Part shown: one piece after another, positions 26,461 to 38,362 of the stretch
Position numbering within the stretch: position 1 is the stretch's first letter
Layout of the letters: each line of letters begins with the position of its first letter
Notes under the pieces: generated by a model
Database searches by the model: none
What the model saw: the letters and a program-made list of their open reading frames with translations, nothing else
Told to the model about the DNA's origin: nothing
Position numbers and translations under genes: made by a program
Assembly (NCBI RefSeq): GCF_006345805.1
Contig: NC_042998.1
Location: 48,112,001-48,176,000, forward strand
DNA length: 64,000 bases
Direction: 5' to 3'
Source of the DNA: Octopus sinensis
Taxonomy: Eukaryota

Positions 26461-27046
26461 CGAGGGGCATTCAAAAAGTATCCAACTTTATTTGTTTGCC
26501 GACACTCTCCGCATGCACAAGCCCTCTTTTAAAATGGAATGCACTGATCCTGTCCTCATTCTCACTTTCCTGGATTATTACACAACAATACTCCACGGCT
26601 ATTTTCCCAACCCTTTCAATTGGTCCCTCATTTTGACTTGTGGATGGCCTACTTGAGAGTGCTTCACTGACCACTGAGGTGTAGCCATTTTTGAAGTAAC
26701 TGAATCACTACTTCATCTGAGTTTTACCTATGGCATCATTGCCAAAGGCCTGCTGAATCTTTTAGATGGTTTGAGCTTGTGTATCACCAAGCTTTTGGCA
26801 AAACTTGATGCAATATCTCTGCTCAATGCATTCAGCCATCTTCCATGGAAACGAAAATCCAACGAGAGCGCATTACACATCAGTACTATAGGTGTGACAG
26901 TCAGGAACTGTCATGGCCCACCGGCACAGAAAGTTTCATGGGTGTGCAGGAAGGGTGGCATCACCTCCCACACAAAAGAATTTTCCCCATGCAACATTAA
27001 TTTTCACAGGGAAAAATACAGTCTGATATGTATTGGATGTACCTTG
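26461..27046 (-). mobile_element. TIR-bounded internally deleted mariner
   Basis: TA-CGAGGGGCATTCAAAAAGTATCCAAC terminus and an imperfect partner at about 27015-27046. Encodes MAECIEQRYCIKFCQKLGDTQAQT..GSVHSILKEGLCMRRVSA then joins directly to the TIR. Confidence 0.85.
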
Positions 27047-27634
27047 TGTGTATGTGTTTGTGTGTGTGTGAGTGTGTATGTGTTTGTATGTGTTTATCTC
27101 CCCCACCGCTTAACAATGAATGTTGGTTTGTTTACATCCCCTATAACTTAGCAGTTCAGCAAAGAGGCCAATATAATAAGTATAAGACTCTAAAAAAACA
27201 GTAGGATAAATTTGTTTAACTAAATCCCTTCAAGGCAGTGTTCCAACATGGCTGCAGTTCAATGATTTAAACAAGAAATAAAAAAAAAATACACAAATTA
27301 CCAAACTAAAATTCTTTTTATTTTTCATTTTCTGTTTTTACATTCTGTACCCAAATGACCGTAGAATGAATTGGAAGCATAAAGCACTCTCTTACCTCCC
27401 ACGAAGTTTAGTTCGGGTTGACACTTTTATTGTTTATTTTGTGTTATAGCAAGACTTTTATATTTACGATTTCAGTTCATAATTTCTTAAAATTGAATAT
27501 ATTTCACAACACACCTAGTTACAACTTACAATACAAACAAGTTCTTTGACCGTGGTGCACTAGGAACATTGTGAAACTACATAATTTTGATCCCTTCTTT
27601 CCATCAACTACTAGAAAAGCTATTCATGGAGGTG

Positions 27635-27945
27635 CCCTGGCATTCCGTCAGTTACGAGGGGTCCAGTCGATCTGGTCAATAGAAAAGCCTGCTCATGGAA
27701 TTAACATATAAATGGCTGAGCACTCCACAGACACACGTGTAACCCTAATGTAGTACTCAGGGAGATTCAGTACGACACATGAAGTGACAAGGCTGGCCCC
27801 TTTTATTTTTGGCAGCTGATTGAAACAGAGCAAAATGAAATAAAGAGTCTTGCTTAAGAAAACAATGCCCCACCAGGTATCAAACTCACAACCTTACAAT
27901 CCCAGGCCAAATACCCTAATTACATAGCCACATGCCTTCACTAGA
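27635..27945 (-). mobile_element. Diverged SINE (H1 head + T1 tail)
   Basis: Reverse complement of the ctcagccacttgcacgttaatttc..ccgacggagtgc tail. Confidence 0.65.
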
Positions 27946-28171
27946 AAAGTTATTAGAAACCCTGAAAACTCAGAAGCCTAATAAATCACAGACATAGAAA
28001 TAGGTCTCGGGTTTTAGTCCTGCAGCATGGCAGCTGGTATGAATGTCTTCTACTATGACCTTGGGCTGACCAAAGCCTTGCAAGTGGATTTCATATGCAG
28101 AAACTGAAAGAAGCCCATCAAAAGCATGTGTGTGTGGAAGCCCATTATGTGTGTAGGTGCATGTATATGTG

Positions 28172-28215
<44 letters not shown>

Positions 28216-28234
28216 AAATGTGACTGCATGTGTA

Positions 28235-28415
28235 CCGTTGGCAATTTTTTTCCTCCGTCTTCCCTTCCTTGGATCTTTCCTTTTCCTATATTTCTGATGA
28301 AGAGCTCCGCTCGAAACGTTAAATCCTCCTTCTTTCTTTCCTTTCTTGAGCATCCAATAACACTATACTTGTTCCACATCCTCACGTTGTTGTGTTTTCA
28401 TGTTTGGATTAATTA
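28235..28415 (+). mobile_element. Short Penelope-like repeat carrying a minimal hammerhead motif
   Basis: Homologous to 19400-19590. Confidence 0.7.
28290..28324 (+). ncRNA. Minimal type I hammerhead ribozyme motif
   Basis: AUUU-CUGAUGA-A-GAGC(UCC)GCUC-GAAA-CGU-U-AAAU; stem I AUUU/AAAU. Confidence 0.7.
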
Positions 28416-28694
28416 TATATATATATATAATGTACTGATCCGTGATAGAGAATTCAACAAAAAAAGTGCTCCATCTGGTGAGAGATAAATATTATGTATT
28501 TAAAGGTCACAATACATGTATTAAAGCGCTACTAATAGTTTCATATGTTGAAAAAACTCCAATATAATCCAGTATAGGTCTTCTTATCAGTTTTATAATT
28601 ATTTAGGGTTGCAGTAACTTCTGCCTCATATATGATAGATTTAGTCATACACCGTTGGTCAAGTGGACAGGATCCTGGGTCGCAATGTATATAA

Positions 28695-28925
28695 TCATCA
28701 TCATCATTATGAACATTTAACATCTGTTTCCTCCATGCTGGCATGGGTTGGGCAGCTTGACAGGCAAAGCCAGGGGCTGCATCAGGTTCCATAGTCTGTT
28801 TTGGCTTGGTTGCTATGGCTGGATACCTTTCTTAATGCCAACCACTCCACAGAGTTTACTGTGTGCTTTTTACATGGCACCATCACCAATGCTTTTTACG
28901 TCGCACCAGCACTAACACCAATACT
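28695..28925 (-). mobile_element. Diverged RTE 3' tail (family C)
   Basis: (CAT)n, ccatgctggcatgggttgg and cttcttaatgccaaccactcc. Confidence 0.7.
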
Positions 28926-29944
28926 TTTTACATGGCACCTTGGTTTTAGTATTTCAATCTTGTTGTGGTGGGCGGGTCTTCTCAAGTACAGCAATTCACC
29001 ACATACCTCGGCCCTCTGTCATCACCTTCATAAGGTTCAGTGTTTTGAGATCAGCCTTCAATACTTCATCCCATGTCTCCCTGGGTTTCCATCTTCAACA
29101 ACTTCCTTCCACTTTAAGTAACTGGCACTTGTTTATGAATGATTAACTCGAAATAATATGAATAAATAAGCGTTACTTTTGACAGAGTAATCTGAAGGCT
29201 AGAGTGTTAAAGCCCAATAAAAACTCACATAGGCCCAAACATTCTTGATATCACAAACAAACAAACTAGATGAAGTATGAAAAAAAATAGTGTTTAACTG
29301 TTCTACAAATACTGTTTGGTTCCATGCCTCAAAACCTGTTCATATATTCAGCATTTCCTCAACTCCTTAAGTTTGCAGAATTGGCTTGTCTTGGTGACAC
29401 TATTTCGAAATAAGTTTGTTAATAAGAGAGAACATTATTATGAAGGATTTTTCACAGATGCACAAGCAACATGATCCAGATCTTGGGAGTGTGATTTGGA
29501 GAATCTGACCTCTAACCACAGTGTTTTAAATTTTGTGGTGTCTTCATCTCAAAGCCTCTAGACATACTATGAAAGAGAAGTGGTGGTCTTTGTTTCTAGA
29601 TGTTTAATAGGGAATGTACCTTGTTACTTGCCAACACAGAAATACACATATACATATGCATATACATGTATGTCTGCGACATACCACATGTATACATGTG
29701 TGTATGCAAAAAGAAGTGCCTTGTTGAAGGACACAATGCAATGCCTGGTCCAGAAATCAAATCCATGATCTCGAAATCATCAGTTCAACACTCTAGTGAG
29801 AAGACCATGCACTTTCAGAGTAAAGAGCTGCAGAACAGGACACACATAGGCATGGCATCTGGCCAATACAGAGGAATAGCAATGTTCATGTACAAACAGT
29901 AAATTCAATCCCTGTACCTAATGATTGTCAGCTTAACACCATAA

Positions 29945-30180
29945 CCTATTTCTTTACTACCCACAAGAGACTAAACACAGAGAGGACAAATAAGGACAGA
30001 CAAAGGGATTAAATCGATTACATTGACCCCAGTGTGTAACTGGTACTTAATTTATCGACCCCGAAAGGATGAAAGGCAAAGTCGACCTCGGCGGAATTTG
30101 AACCCAGAACGTAACGGCAGATGAAATATGGCTACGCATCTCACCCGGCATACTAAGGTTTCTGCCAGCTCGCCGCCTCA
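29945..30180 (-). mobile_element. SINE family B
   Basis: Reverse complement of the 3397 copy. Confidence 0.9.
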
Positions 30181-30951
30181 CTAGGCCATGTACCTCTGGA
30201 GTACACAGTTATAGTAAAGAAGGCAAAACAACACACAAACACAACACTCATAGATCTGACATTTAGCCAAAGCAAAGAAATAGCAATGTTAATCTACAAA
30301 CAATACATTCAATCCATCATGGATTATGTCAGTCCTACTTAGGCTCTCCAAATCTCTCTTGTAACAAATAACAAAGAACACAAAACAGAGTGTTTTTGCA
30401 TTATCAAAGGTTGTGTATAAAGCACACCCACAGATCACTTGGATACTGAGGTGCAGATACAAAGGACTACCCAACTACGAAAAACTATGCCATTTTATGT
30501 TTACAGTCCCCTTCAAACATATAAAAACACACTCCAGAAAACTACTATAACATGAACCAACAAGTTATCCTCTCTGCAGTCACTGACTCTACAAGAAATA
30601 ACAACCAAATAACCTTCATCACGTGATGCATTTTTAAGAATACATCTGATAATATAGTATAATGTAATATAATATAATAGGGTCTGAATGAAGACTCTCT
30701 GAAAAACAAATTTAAGAAAAGGACAGGACAATCATGGGCCCTTTGGGCATAGATCTGTTTGACAAAGTACCCAAGAGCTTTGTTCAAACTTGTCTCTGCA
30801 AATTACTTTTCAGCTGGGGTTCTTGACCATTTTTTTTATCTTTGGACCCCTTTGATTACATTTTATTCTAGTTGACCTCTACCATAGCCTGTCTGTTGGC
30901 CAATTGTCTGTCAGCCAAATTTCCGAGTACTGCCAAAAATTACTGTCACCA

Positions 30952-31454
30952 GAAGTGCTGAGTTCTAATTGTGGAGGGTACCTGTGGAAAGGGGCAAACC
31001 TAGGAAGATGTGGGACGAAGTGGTGAGAAAGGATCTTCAGATGCTGGGCTTCACTGAGGAAACAAGGGACTGGGAGATGTGGTGATTTGCAGTACTTGAA
31101 AAGACACGTCAAGCTAAGCAGAATTGCTGTCTTCCATGCATACAGGCTTGTCCTTTCAGGTGCCAGTGCCACTTAAAAAGCTCCTGTGCCAGTGCTGCAT
31201 TGATGCATCCATGCTAGTGGCACATAAAATGCACCCAGCTGTAGAAACCATGTCTGGACGGCTACCTGCTAGCCAGCTCCATGTCAAACCATCCAACACA
31301 GGCCAGCATGGAAAGCGGATGTTAAATTACGAAGCCATAGAAACTATGCCAAAACAAATAGGGAGCCTGAACAGCCCTTCAAGCCAGTCAGCTCCTGTTA
31401 AACCATCCAACCCATGCCAGCATGAAAAGCAGATGTTAAACAATGATGATGATG
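30952..31454 (+). mobile_element. RTE-clade LINE 3' end: ORF terminus plus 3' UTR
   Basis: VEGTCGKG/KPRKMWDEVVRKDLQMLGFTEE.TRDWEMW*FAVLEKTRQAK, followed by family C sequence and (GAT)n. Confidence 0.8.
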
Positions 31455-31699
31455 TTAGTCATGCCAAATCACCAGCATCCAAATAACCACACCAAGTCAT
31501 CTCATTCCATTAAGGTAGTCTTACATAGTTCTAAAACAAGACAACATTGGTCACAACCTGAAATGTCTGCTTGATCAGGGTTGCCCTAGGATTCAACAAT
31601 AACAACCATCACTGCACATAATTTTGTTCAGTGTGGACCTCAATCAGAGAGAAGAGCAACAGATCGGGATCTGTGAGTCTGTAGATCACATCTAGTTAT

Positions 31700-31848
31700 T
31701 TAGTTGGTTACCTATGTGCTATGTCTAGTTGGTTAACTATGTGCTATGTCTAGTTGGTTAACTATGTGCTATGTCTAGTTGGTTACCTATGTGCTATGTC
31801 TAGTTGGTTAACTATGTGCTATGTCTAGTTGGTTACCTATGTGCTATG
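31700..31848. repeat. 25-bp minisatellite, about 6 copies
   Basis: Unit ctagttggtta(a/c)ctatgtgctatgt. Confidence 0.95.
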
Positions 31849-31855
31849 CTATTGT

Positions 31856-32233
31856 GGAGGTGCAATGGCCCAGTGGTTAAGGCAGCGGACTTGCAGTCGT
31901 AGGATCACGATTTCGATTCCCAGACCGGGCGTTGTGAGTGTTTATTGAGCGAAAACACCTAAAGCTCCACAAGGCTCTGGCAGGGGGTGGTCGCAAACCC
32001 TGCTGTAACCTTTCACCACAACTTTCTCTCACTCCTTCTTCCTGTTTCTGTTGTACCTGTATTTCAAAGGGCCAGCCTTGTCACACTCTGTGTCATGCTC
32101 AATCTCCCCAAGAACTACGTTAAGGGTACACATGTCTGTGCAGTGCTCAGCTACTTGCACGTTAATTTTACAAGCAGGCTGTTCCGTTGATCGGATAAAC
32201 AGGAACCCTTGTCGTCATAACCGACGGAGTGCC
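31856..32233 (+). mobile_element. tRNA(Arg)-like-headed SINE family D (head H2 + tail T1)
   Basis: ggaggtgcaatggcccagtggtt...ggtttcgattccc head; colinear with 59185. Confidence 0.9.
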
Positions 32234-32255
32234 AGAAAAAAAATGTCTATTTGAA

Positions 32256-33255
32256 GCTCAGAGAAAGAAAAGACAAGTTCAATCATTTTGATTTTATGGA
32301 TGACCTAAAATCTATGGATAAGATGAAAATCAGCTGAATTCAGTGATTCAAACAGTGCATTGCTTTAGCACAGATATCAAAATGGAATTTGGACAGAAAA
32401 AGTTTGGAATGTTGATTCTAAAAAGAGGTGAAGGCCAACAAGAGGCTGGCGAAAAGTTGCCCACAGGAGAGGTAGTAAAAAGAATAGATAAGGATGGATG
32501 CAAGTATCTTGGAATTTTAGAAGTTGACAAACTGATGGAAAGCCAAATGAAAAAGATATTCTCTCAGGAATATTACAGAAGGCTAAGTTTGATTTTGAAG
32601 ATTAAATTGAATAGGAGGAAGAAGTTCCAAGAAAAAAATTCATGGGCACTTATTCTCTTGAGTTATGGAGTAGAAGTACTACAATAGTGAACAGAGAAAC
32701 TACAATCCTTAGATAAGAAAACAATTAAATTACTGACAAAATATGCTGTGTTCCACCCTTCCACTCATAAAGTGATGTTAACAGGCTATACCTTATGAGA
32801 AAGAAAAGAAGGCAGGGATTGATAAGTTGTGAGGATTGTTTTCAGACCAAGGTAAACAATACTGTTTGTTGTATAAAGAATACAAAAGAAGCATTACCAG
32901 TAAAAATAAAATAAAGAAAGCTGCCCTATCACATATGGAAAACAGTCAAGACAGGATGAATTACAAAATAAAGACAGAAGCAAAGAAGGGAAAGTAACTG
33001 GGAGGATAAGAAGATGCACGATCAGTTCTTGAAAGATCTATCAAAGGATGCAGACCAAGGTACAGCATACCAACAAACATTAAGAACTAACTACATCACC
33101 CATAGAATTGATCATGCAGTAGAAACAGATAAATGCAGAATGTGTGGTGAAACTGGAGAGACAGTGTGGCATATTTTTAAGCAAATGCTGCAAATTAATC
33201 TGGAGAGAATATATAAAAAAAGGTATGACAGTGTCACCAGAATGATGCAGTCCCC
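32256..33255 (+). pseudogene. R4/Dong-clade (RLE-type) non-LTR retrotransposon ORF fragment
   Basis: FMDDLK..QTVHCFSTDIKMEFGQKK..CKYLGILEVD..EYYRRLSLILKIKLN; later HDQFL..LRTNYITHRID..DKCRMCGETGETVWHI..KRYDSV (RT palm/thumb plus CCHC knuckle), with stops and frameshifts. Confidence 0.85.
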
Positions 33256-33583
33256 TTGAAACGAGAAACTCCAACTAGGGTCAATCAAGGAACCCCACCA
33301 CTGATCCACAAAAGGTATGAGCCCTCCCACCTGCTCTCCAATCAATAGGAACATTCTGAGAGTGGGGCCATTCACTCTAACCATTTTTGTCACGGTCACC
33401 CATCTTTCCACAAATTCACTGGGAGGCAGCACTTTCCTCTCTACTTTCACTTTCCTTTCCAAGCAGAACTTAAAAAAGTTGACGAGAGCTTTAAAAATAA
33501 TAGTCATTTCAAATTTTGGCACAAGGCCAGTAAGTTCAGGGAAGGTGGGGAGTAAGTTGACTACATTGACCCCAATTTTTTTT

Positions 33584-33888
33584 TTGTTGTTTGTTCCTTC
33601 TTGAGTCATGCCTGGCTTATAAGGGCCGGTTTCCCGGTTTCTTGGCGTATAGGTTCTCCGCCTGGACGGGACACTGGTCCATCACAGGTGAGCTGCAAGA
33701 TACAGGAGGAAAGAGTGAGAGAAAGTTGTGGCGAAAGAGTCAGCAGAAGTTTCGCCATTACCTTCTGCCAGAGCCACATGGAGCTTAGGTGTTTCGCTCA
33801 TAAATACACACATCATCCAGTCTGAGATTCGAACCCGCGATCTCTCGACCGCGAGTCTGCTGCTCTAACCACTAGGCCATGTGCCTCC
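33584..33888 (-). mobile_element. SINE family F (head H2 + V-domain-like tail)
   Basis: Shares its head with family D; tail cacctgtgatggaccagtgtcccgtccagg..aaaccggcccttat; matches 63046. Confidence 0.88.
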
Positions 33889-33892
33889 ACAT

Positions 33893-34380
33893 ATTGACTC
33901 CAATGTTCAACTGGTACTTATTTCATTGACTCCAAACCCCCGAAAGGATTAATGGCAAAGCTGACCTCAGCGGTACAGCTAAGCATTTTGCCTGGCATAC
34001 TAACAATTCTGCCAGCTTGCAGCCTTAGTTTTAAAAACAATAATAATTATTTCTTTATTGCCCACAAGGGGCTAAACATAGAGGGGACAAACAAGGACAG
34101 ACAAAGGGATTAACCCTAATACATCGACCCAGTGCATAACTGGTACTTAATTTATCTACCCTGAAGGGATGAAAGGCAATAATAATAACCATTCCTAATT
34201 TTGGCACAAAACCATTAGTTTTGAGGGGAGGAGATAGTCAGTTATATCAACTCCAGTATATGACTGGTACTTTATTTTATTGACACCCAGAAGAGATAAA
34301 ATGCAAAGCTGACCTCAGTGGGACTTGAACACAGAACCCCCCCAGGATATAAAGTGCCTGAAGAAATGCCTCAAAGCAAT
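33893..34380 (-). mobile_element. Several degenerate SINE family B copies
   Basis: Repeated ggatgaaaggcaaag and ctggtactta motifs. Confidence 0.7.
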
Positions 34381-34389
34381 TTTGTCTGA

Positions 34390-34917
34390 TACACTCCTCC
34401 ACCCACCACCACCACCACCACCACCACCACCACCACCACCACCACCACTACCACATTCACTTCATTGTCTCTTCTACAACCTTTAATTCCCTCCTCGCCC
34501 ACCCACCCACCCACCAACTATACCATTCACAATCTCTGCTACCACAATCTCTCTACCACCATAGCACAGCTTTAAATTCCTCCCACAATACCATTCACAA
34601 TCTCTATCATCCTAAACCCTAACCCTAAGAACTACACCCACCCCCTCCCCGCCGGCACCACCACCACCACCACCACCACCACCACCACCACCTAAACCAC
34701 CACCACAACTATCTCCACCATCACCTGGCCCTGCCACCACTGTCTTCAGTTTCTCCACAGTTTATATGTCTGCCCTCCCCTCTCATATTCCCTTACCCCT
34801 TGATATCTACTTTACACTTAGACTTTTTCACCCAATCACCAACCCTTTCATGGAAAGGGCTGCCCTCACTCACTCTCTCTCTCTCTCTCTCATGCACTAA
34901 TACACACATAATCACTG

Positions 34918-34979
<62 letters not shown>

Positions 34980-36830
34980 ATACATATATGTACACATACC
35001 CTACTCTACTTCAGCTTGCCAGCCCTTCCCCTCAGCATGAACAGGGCTACCCTGCAACCTTCTCACACACACACAACACACACACACACACTCATACACC
35101 ACCCCACCTTCCCCACCCTAAATCAATCTGATGATGGGTCTTTCTCCCCCCTCATCTTTCTGCCAATAGCACTCTGCCGCCGCCACCACTGCCGCCGCCA
35201 CCACCACCGCCGCCGCCACCACCACCATCATCACCAACATCTTCACCCCCACAATTTCTATTACCACCACCACCACCACCACAACACTACCATCACCAAC
35301 ACCAACATCATCATTATCACCACCACCACCACCATCACCATAACTGCTGCTGCTTCCACCACCCCACATCCAACACTAGTACCAGCCCTTAGCACCCCCT
35401 GGTTCCCTCCCCTACTGCTCCCCACCCCCATACATCTTCTCCTTACCAGGAATGTGGAGCATGTGATGCCTTATGTTCTGCTATTTTAAGTTGACCCACT
35501 GATCCCATATGGAAAAAGGCAATGAGAAGGTGGGTGAGTGGAGGGAGGGGGAGAGGCGAATATTTTGGGTAGGAAGGAAAAATGGAGGAGGGAGGGAGGG
35601 AGGAAGTCATAGGTAGATGAGTGAGTGGGAGGTGTAGCATCAGTGTGGGAGTGGGGTTGGATGGGGAGGAAGGTTAAGAAGGAGCACAGAGAGAGAGAGA
35701 CAGGGGGTAAGAGAGAGAGAGAGAGACAGGTTGTAAGAGAGAGGGATGGGAGGGTAAGAGAGAGAGAAAGAGACAGGGGGTAAGAGAGAGACAGGATGTA
35801 AGAGAGAGAGAGATGGGGGGTAAGAGAGAGAGAAAGAGGCAGGGGTAAGAGAGAGAGAGAGACAGGGGTCAGAGAGAGAGAGAGAGAGAGAGAGACAGGG
35901 TGTAAGAGAGAGAGAGAGAGAGCCAGGGTGTAAGAGAGAGAGAAAGAGACGGGGTAAGGGAGAGAGAGACAGGGTGTAAGAGAGAGAGAAAGAGACAGGG
36001 GGTAAGGGAGAGAGAGAGACAGGGTGTAAGAGAGAGAGGGACAGGGTGTAAGAGAGACAGGGTGTAAGAGAGAGAGAGACGGTGGGGTAAGAGAGAGAGA
36101 TGGGGAGGGTAAGAGAGAGAGAGACAGGGTGTAAGAGAGAGAGAGCAAAGAGGGGTTGTTGCTGTTTCAAAGCTTTTAAACCAAGGAAGGTAGACAGAGC
36201 TAGAAGGTGGCATAGACTGTGCACAGTGGTGGTGAGAGATAGAGTAACTGTGGTTGTAGTGTTGGTGCTAGTATGATTATCTAGTGGTGCTGGTAGTCTG
36301 GTGGTGGCGGTAGTGTAAAATGTGAGGTAGTCTACGTTGCAGTAGTGGGGGCAGTAGCGATGTGGTGTGGGGTGGGGGAAGAATAGTAGGTCTTGTGGCA
36401 GTGGTGGTGGTGAAGGTGATGGTAGTGGTGGTGACTGCAGTGGTAGTAATACTGGTGGTGTAGTAGAAATAATGTCAGTGGTGTAGTTAGTGTTAGTTGT
36501 AGTGGCTAAGTGTAACAGTAGCCATAGTGGTGCTGGTAATGGTGGTAGTAGTGAGTGGTGATTGTGGTGACGGTGGTGGTGACAGTGGTGGCGGTGGTGG
36601 TGCTGGTGATGATGGTGGTGGCAATTGATATGGTGATGAGGATGGCGGTAGCAGTGGTGATGGCAGTATAATATAGTGTATCTATAGTAAAGTGTGGGTA
36701 GTAGTAGTTGATGATAGTGATGGTGGTGGTGGCGGCAGAGATAATGTAACTATGGTGTAGTATTGCTGATAGTGGTTAAATGTTATAATAAACCTGGAGA
36801 TGGTGGTGGTAGTGGTGGTAACCATGGTTA
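34390..36830. repeat. Low-complexity block: (CCA)n-rich, GA minisatellite (gacagggtgtaagagagaga), (GGT)n-rich
   Basis: Directly visible. Confidence 0.9.
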
Positions 36831-36854
36831 CTTATTACAGTAGTAACTATATTC

Positions 36855-37450
36855 TTTTCTACTCTAGGCACAAGGCCTGAAATTTTGGGGGAGGGGCCAG
36901 TCGATTAGATTAGCCCCAGCATGCAACTGGTATTTAATTTATTGATCCCAAAAGGATGAAAGGCAAAATCAACCTCGGCGGAATTTGAACTCAGAACATA
37001 AAGACAGACAAAATACCCATTTCTTTACTACCCAAAAGGGGCTAAACACAGAGGGGACAAACAAGGACAGACAAATGGTTTAAGTCAATTATATCGACCC
37101 CAGTGCGTAACTGGTACTTATTTAATCGACCCCGAAAGGATGAAAGGCAAAGTCAACCTCGGTGGAATTTGAACTCAGAACATAAAGACAGACAAAATAC
37201 CACTAAGTATTTCGCCCAGCATGCTAATGTTTCTGCTTTAATATAGTCACTACTATAAGGCAGCGAGCTGGCACACCGGGCAAAATGTCTGTCTTTACGT
37301 TCTGAGTTCAAATTCCACCGAGGTCAACTTTGCCTTTCATTCTTTTGGGGTCAATAAATTAAGTACCAGTTGCATACTGGAGTCGATCTAATTGGTTGGC
37401 CCCTTCTACTAAAAATTTCGGCCCTTGTGCCTAGAGTAGGAAAGAATATG
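36855..37450. mobile_element. SINE family B copies in inverted arrangement
   Basis: Two minus copies (36855-37235) and one plus copy (37258-37450). Confidence 0.85.
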
Positions 37451-37502
37451 TACTACAGCAGAGGTTCTCAATCAATTTTTATCTATGGACCTCTTTGATT
37501 TG

Positions 37503-38220
37503 GAAGATGCAGCATGGCTCAGAAAAAAGGATAACTGCAGCCACATCAATGTGCCTGAATTGGATGCCGTACTAAAGGGCATGAACTTGGCACTGAGAGT
37601 GGGAGACTACATGTATTGGAAATTCGAACTGATTCAGCCACAGTAAGAGGGTGGGTGGCATCCGTGATCAGCAATCAAAGAAGAGTCTGCACAAAGGGAG
37701 GCATGGAAATGATAGTGAATCAGCAGTTAGGAATCCTCAGAGAGGTGACCACTGAGTTTGGCTTGAAATAAAAGGTAATGTTTGTGCCTTCAGAAAAGAA
37801 TAAGGCAGATGTGCTAACCAGGGTGAAAAAGCCTTGGTTGGTAGGTGGCAGAGGATGTACAGAGTGTGGTGGCTGCAGCATGTTGCCTGGTGGGCTCAGA
37901 GCTGAGGGGGTTGCACAGCATGCACCATGTGAGTGTAGACAGGACTCTATTCCTGGCCAGGAAAGTGGACCCTAATGTTACCAGGGAAAGTGTTCGGAAA
38001 GTGGTGCGGAGCTGCGACAGATGCCAGTCTATAGACCCTGCACCAAGTGTGCATGAGACAGGAAGGATTTAGGTTAGAGAAGATTGGAAGAGGTTGGCGA
38101 TAGATGATTCATTATCAGGGAAGGCAGTACCTCTCAATGGTTGACTGTAGGCCAGGACGGATGGCAATATAGAAGGAAATTAGGACGGGTGCTACGGCTG
38201 AAACTGTAGAGGTCCTAAAT
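37503..38220 (+). pseudogene. LTR retrotransposon (Ty3/Gypsy-like) pol fragment: RNase H plus integrase N-terminus
   Basis: EDAAWLRKKDNCSHINVPELDAVLKG..EIRTDSATV..NKADVLTR (RNase H E/D/D residues); LHSMHHVSVDRTLFLAR..SCDRCQSIDP (HHCC); WKRLAID. Contains stops and frameshifts. Confidence 0.85.
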
Positions 38221-38224
38221 GTGG

Positions 38225-38362
38225 CATTCAGAAGGACATCCAGCCATAAAAACCACATCAAACCTGACATTTGGGCCTGACATACCTCTGTGGCTTGTCA
38301 GATCCTATCAAACTCATGTCATCATGAAAAATGGATGTATGATGATGATGATGATGATGATG
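38225..38362 (+). mobile_element. Short diverged RTE tail (family C)
   Basis: gaaggacatccagccataaaaacc and a (GAT)n end. Confidence 0.6.

Noticed and set aside
31856-31925. tRNA-Arg-like cloverleafs at SINE heads (also 59185, 23618, 55691)
   Set aside because: They continue into SINE bodies with TSDs, so they are not tRNA genes.
34611-34630. Telomere-like CCCTAA motifs
   Set aside because: Only about two units inside C-rich low-complexity sequence.
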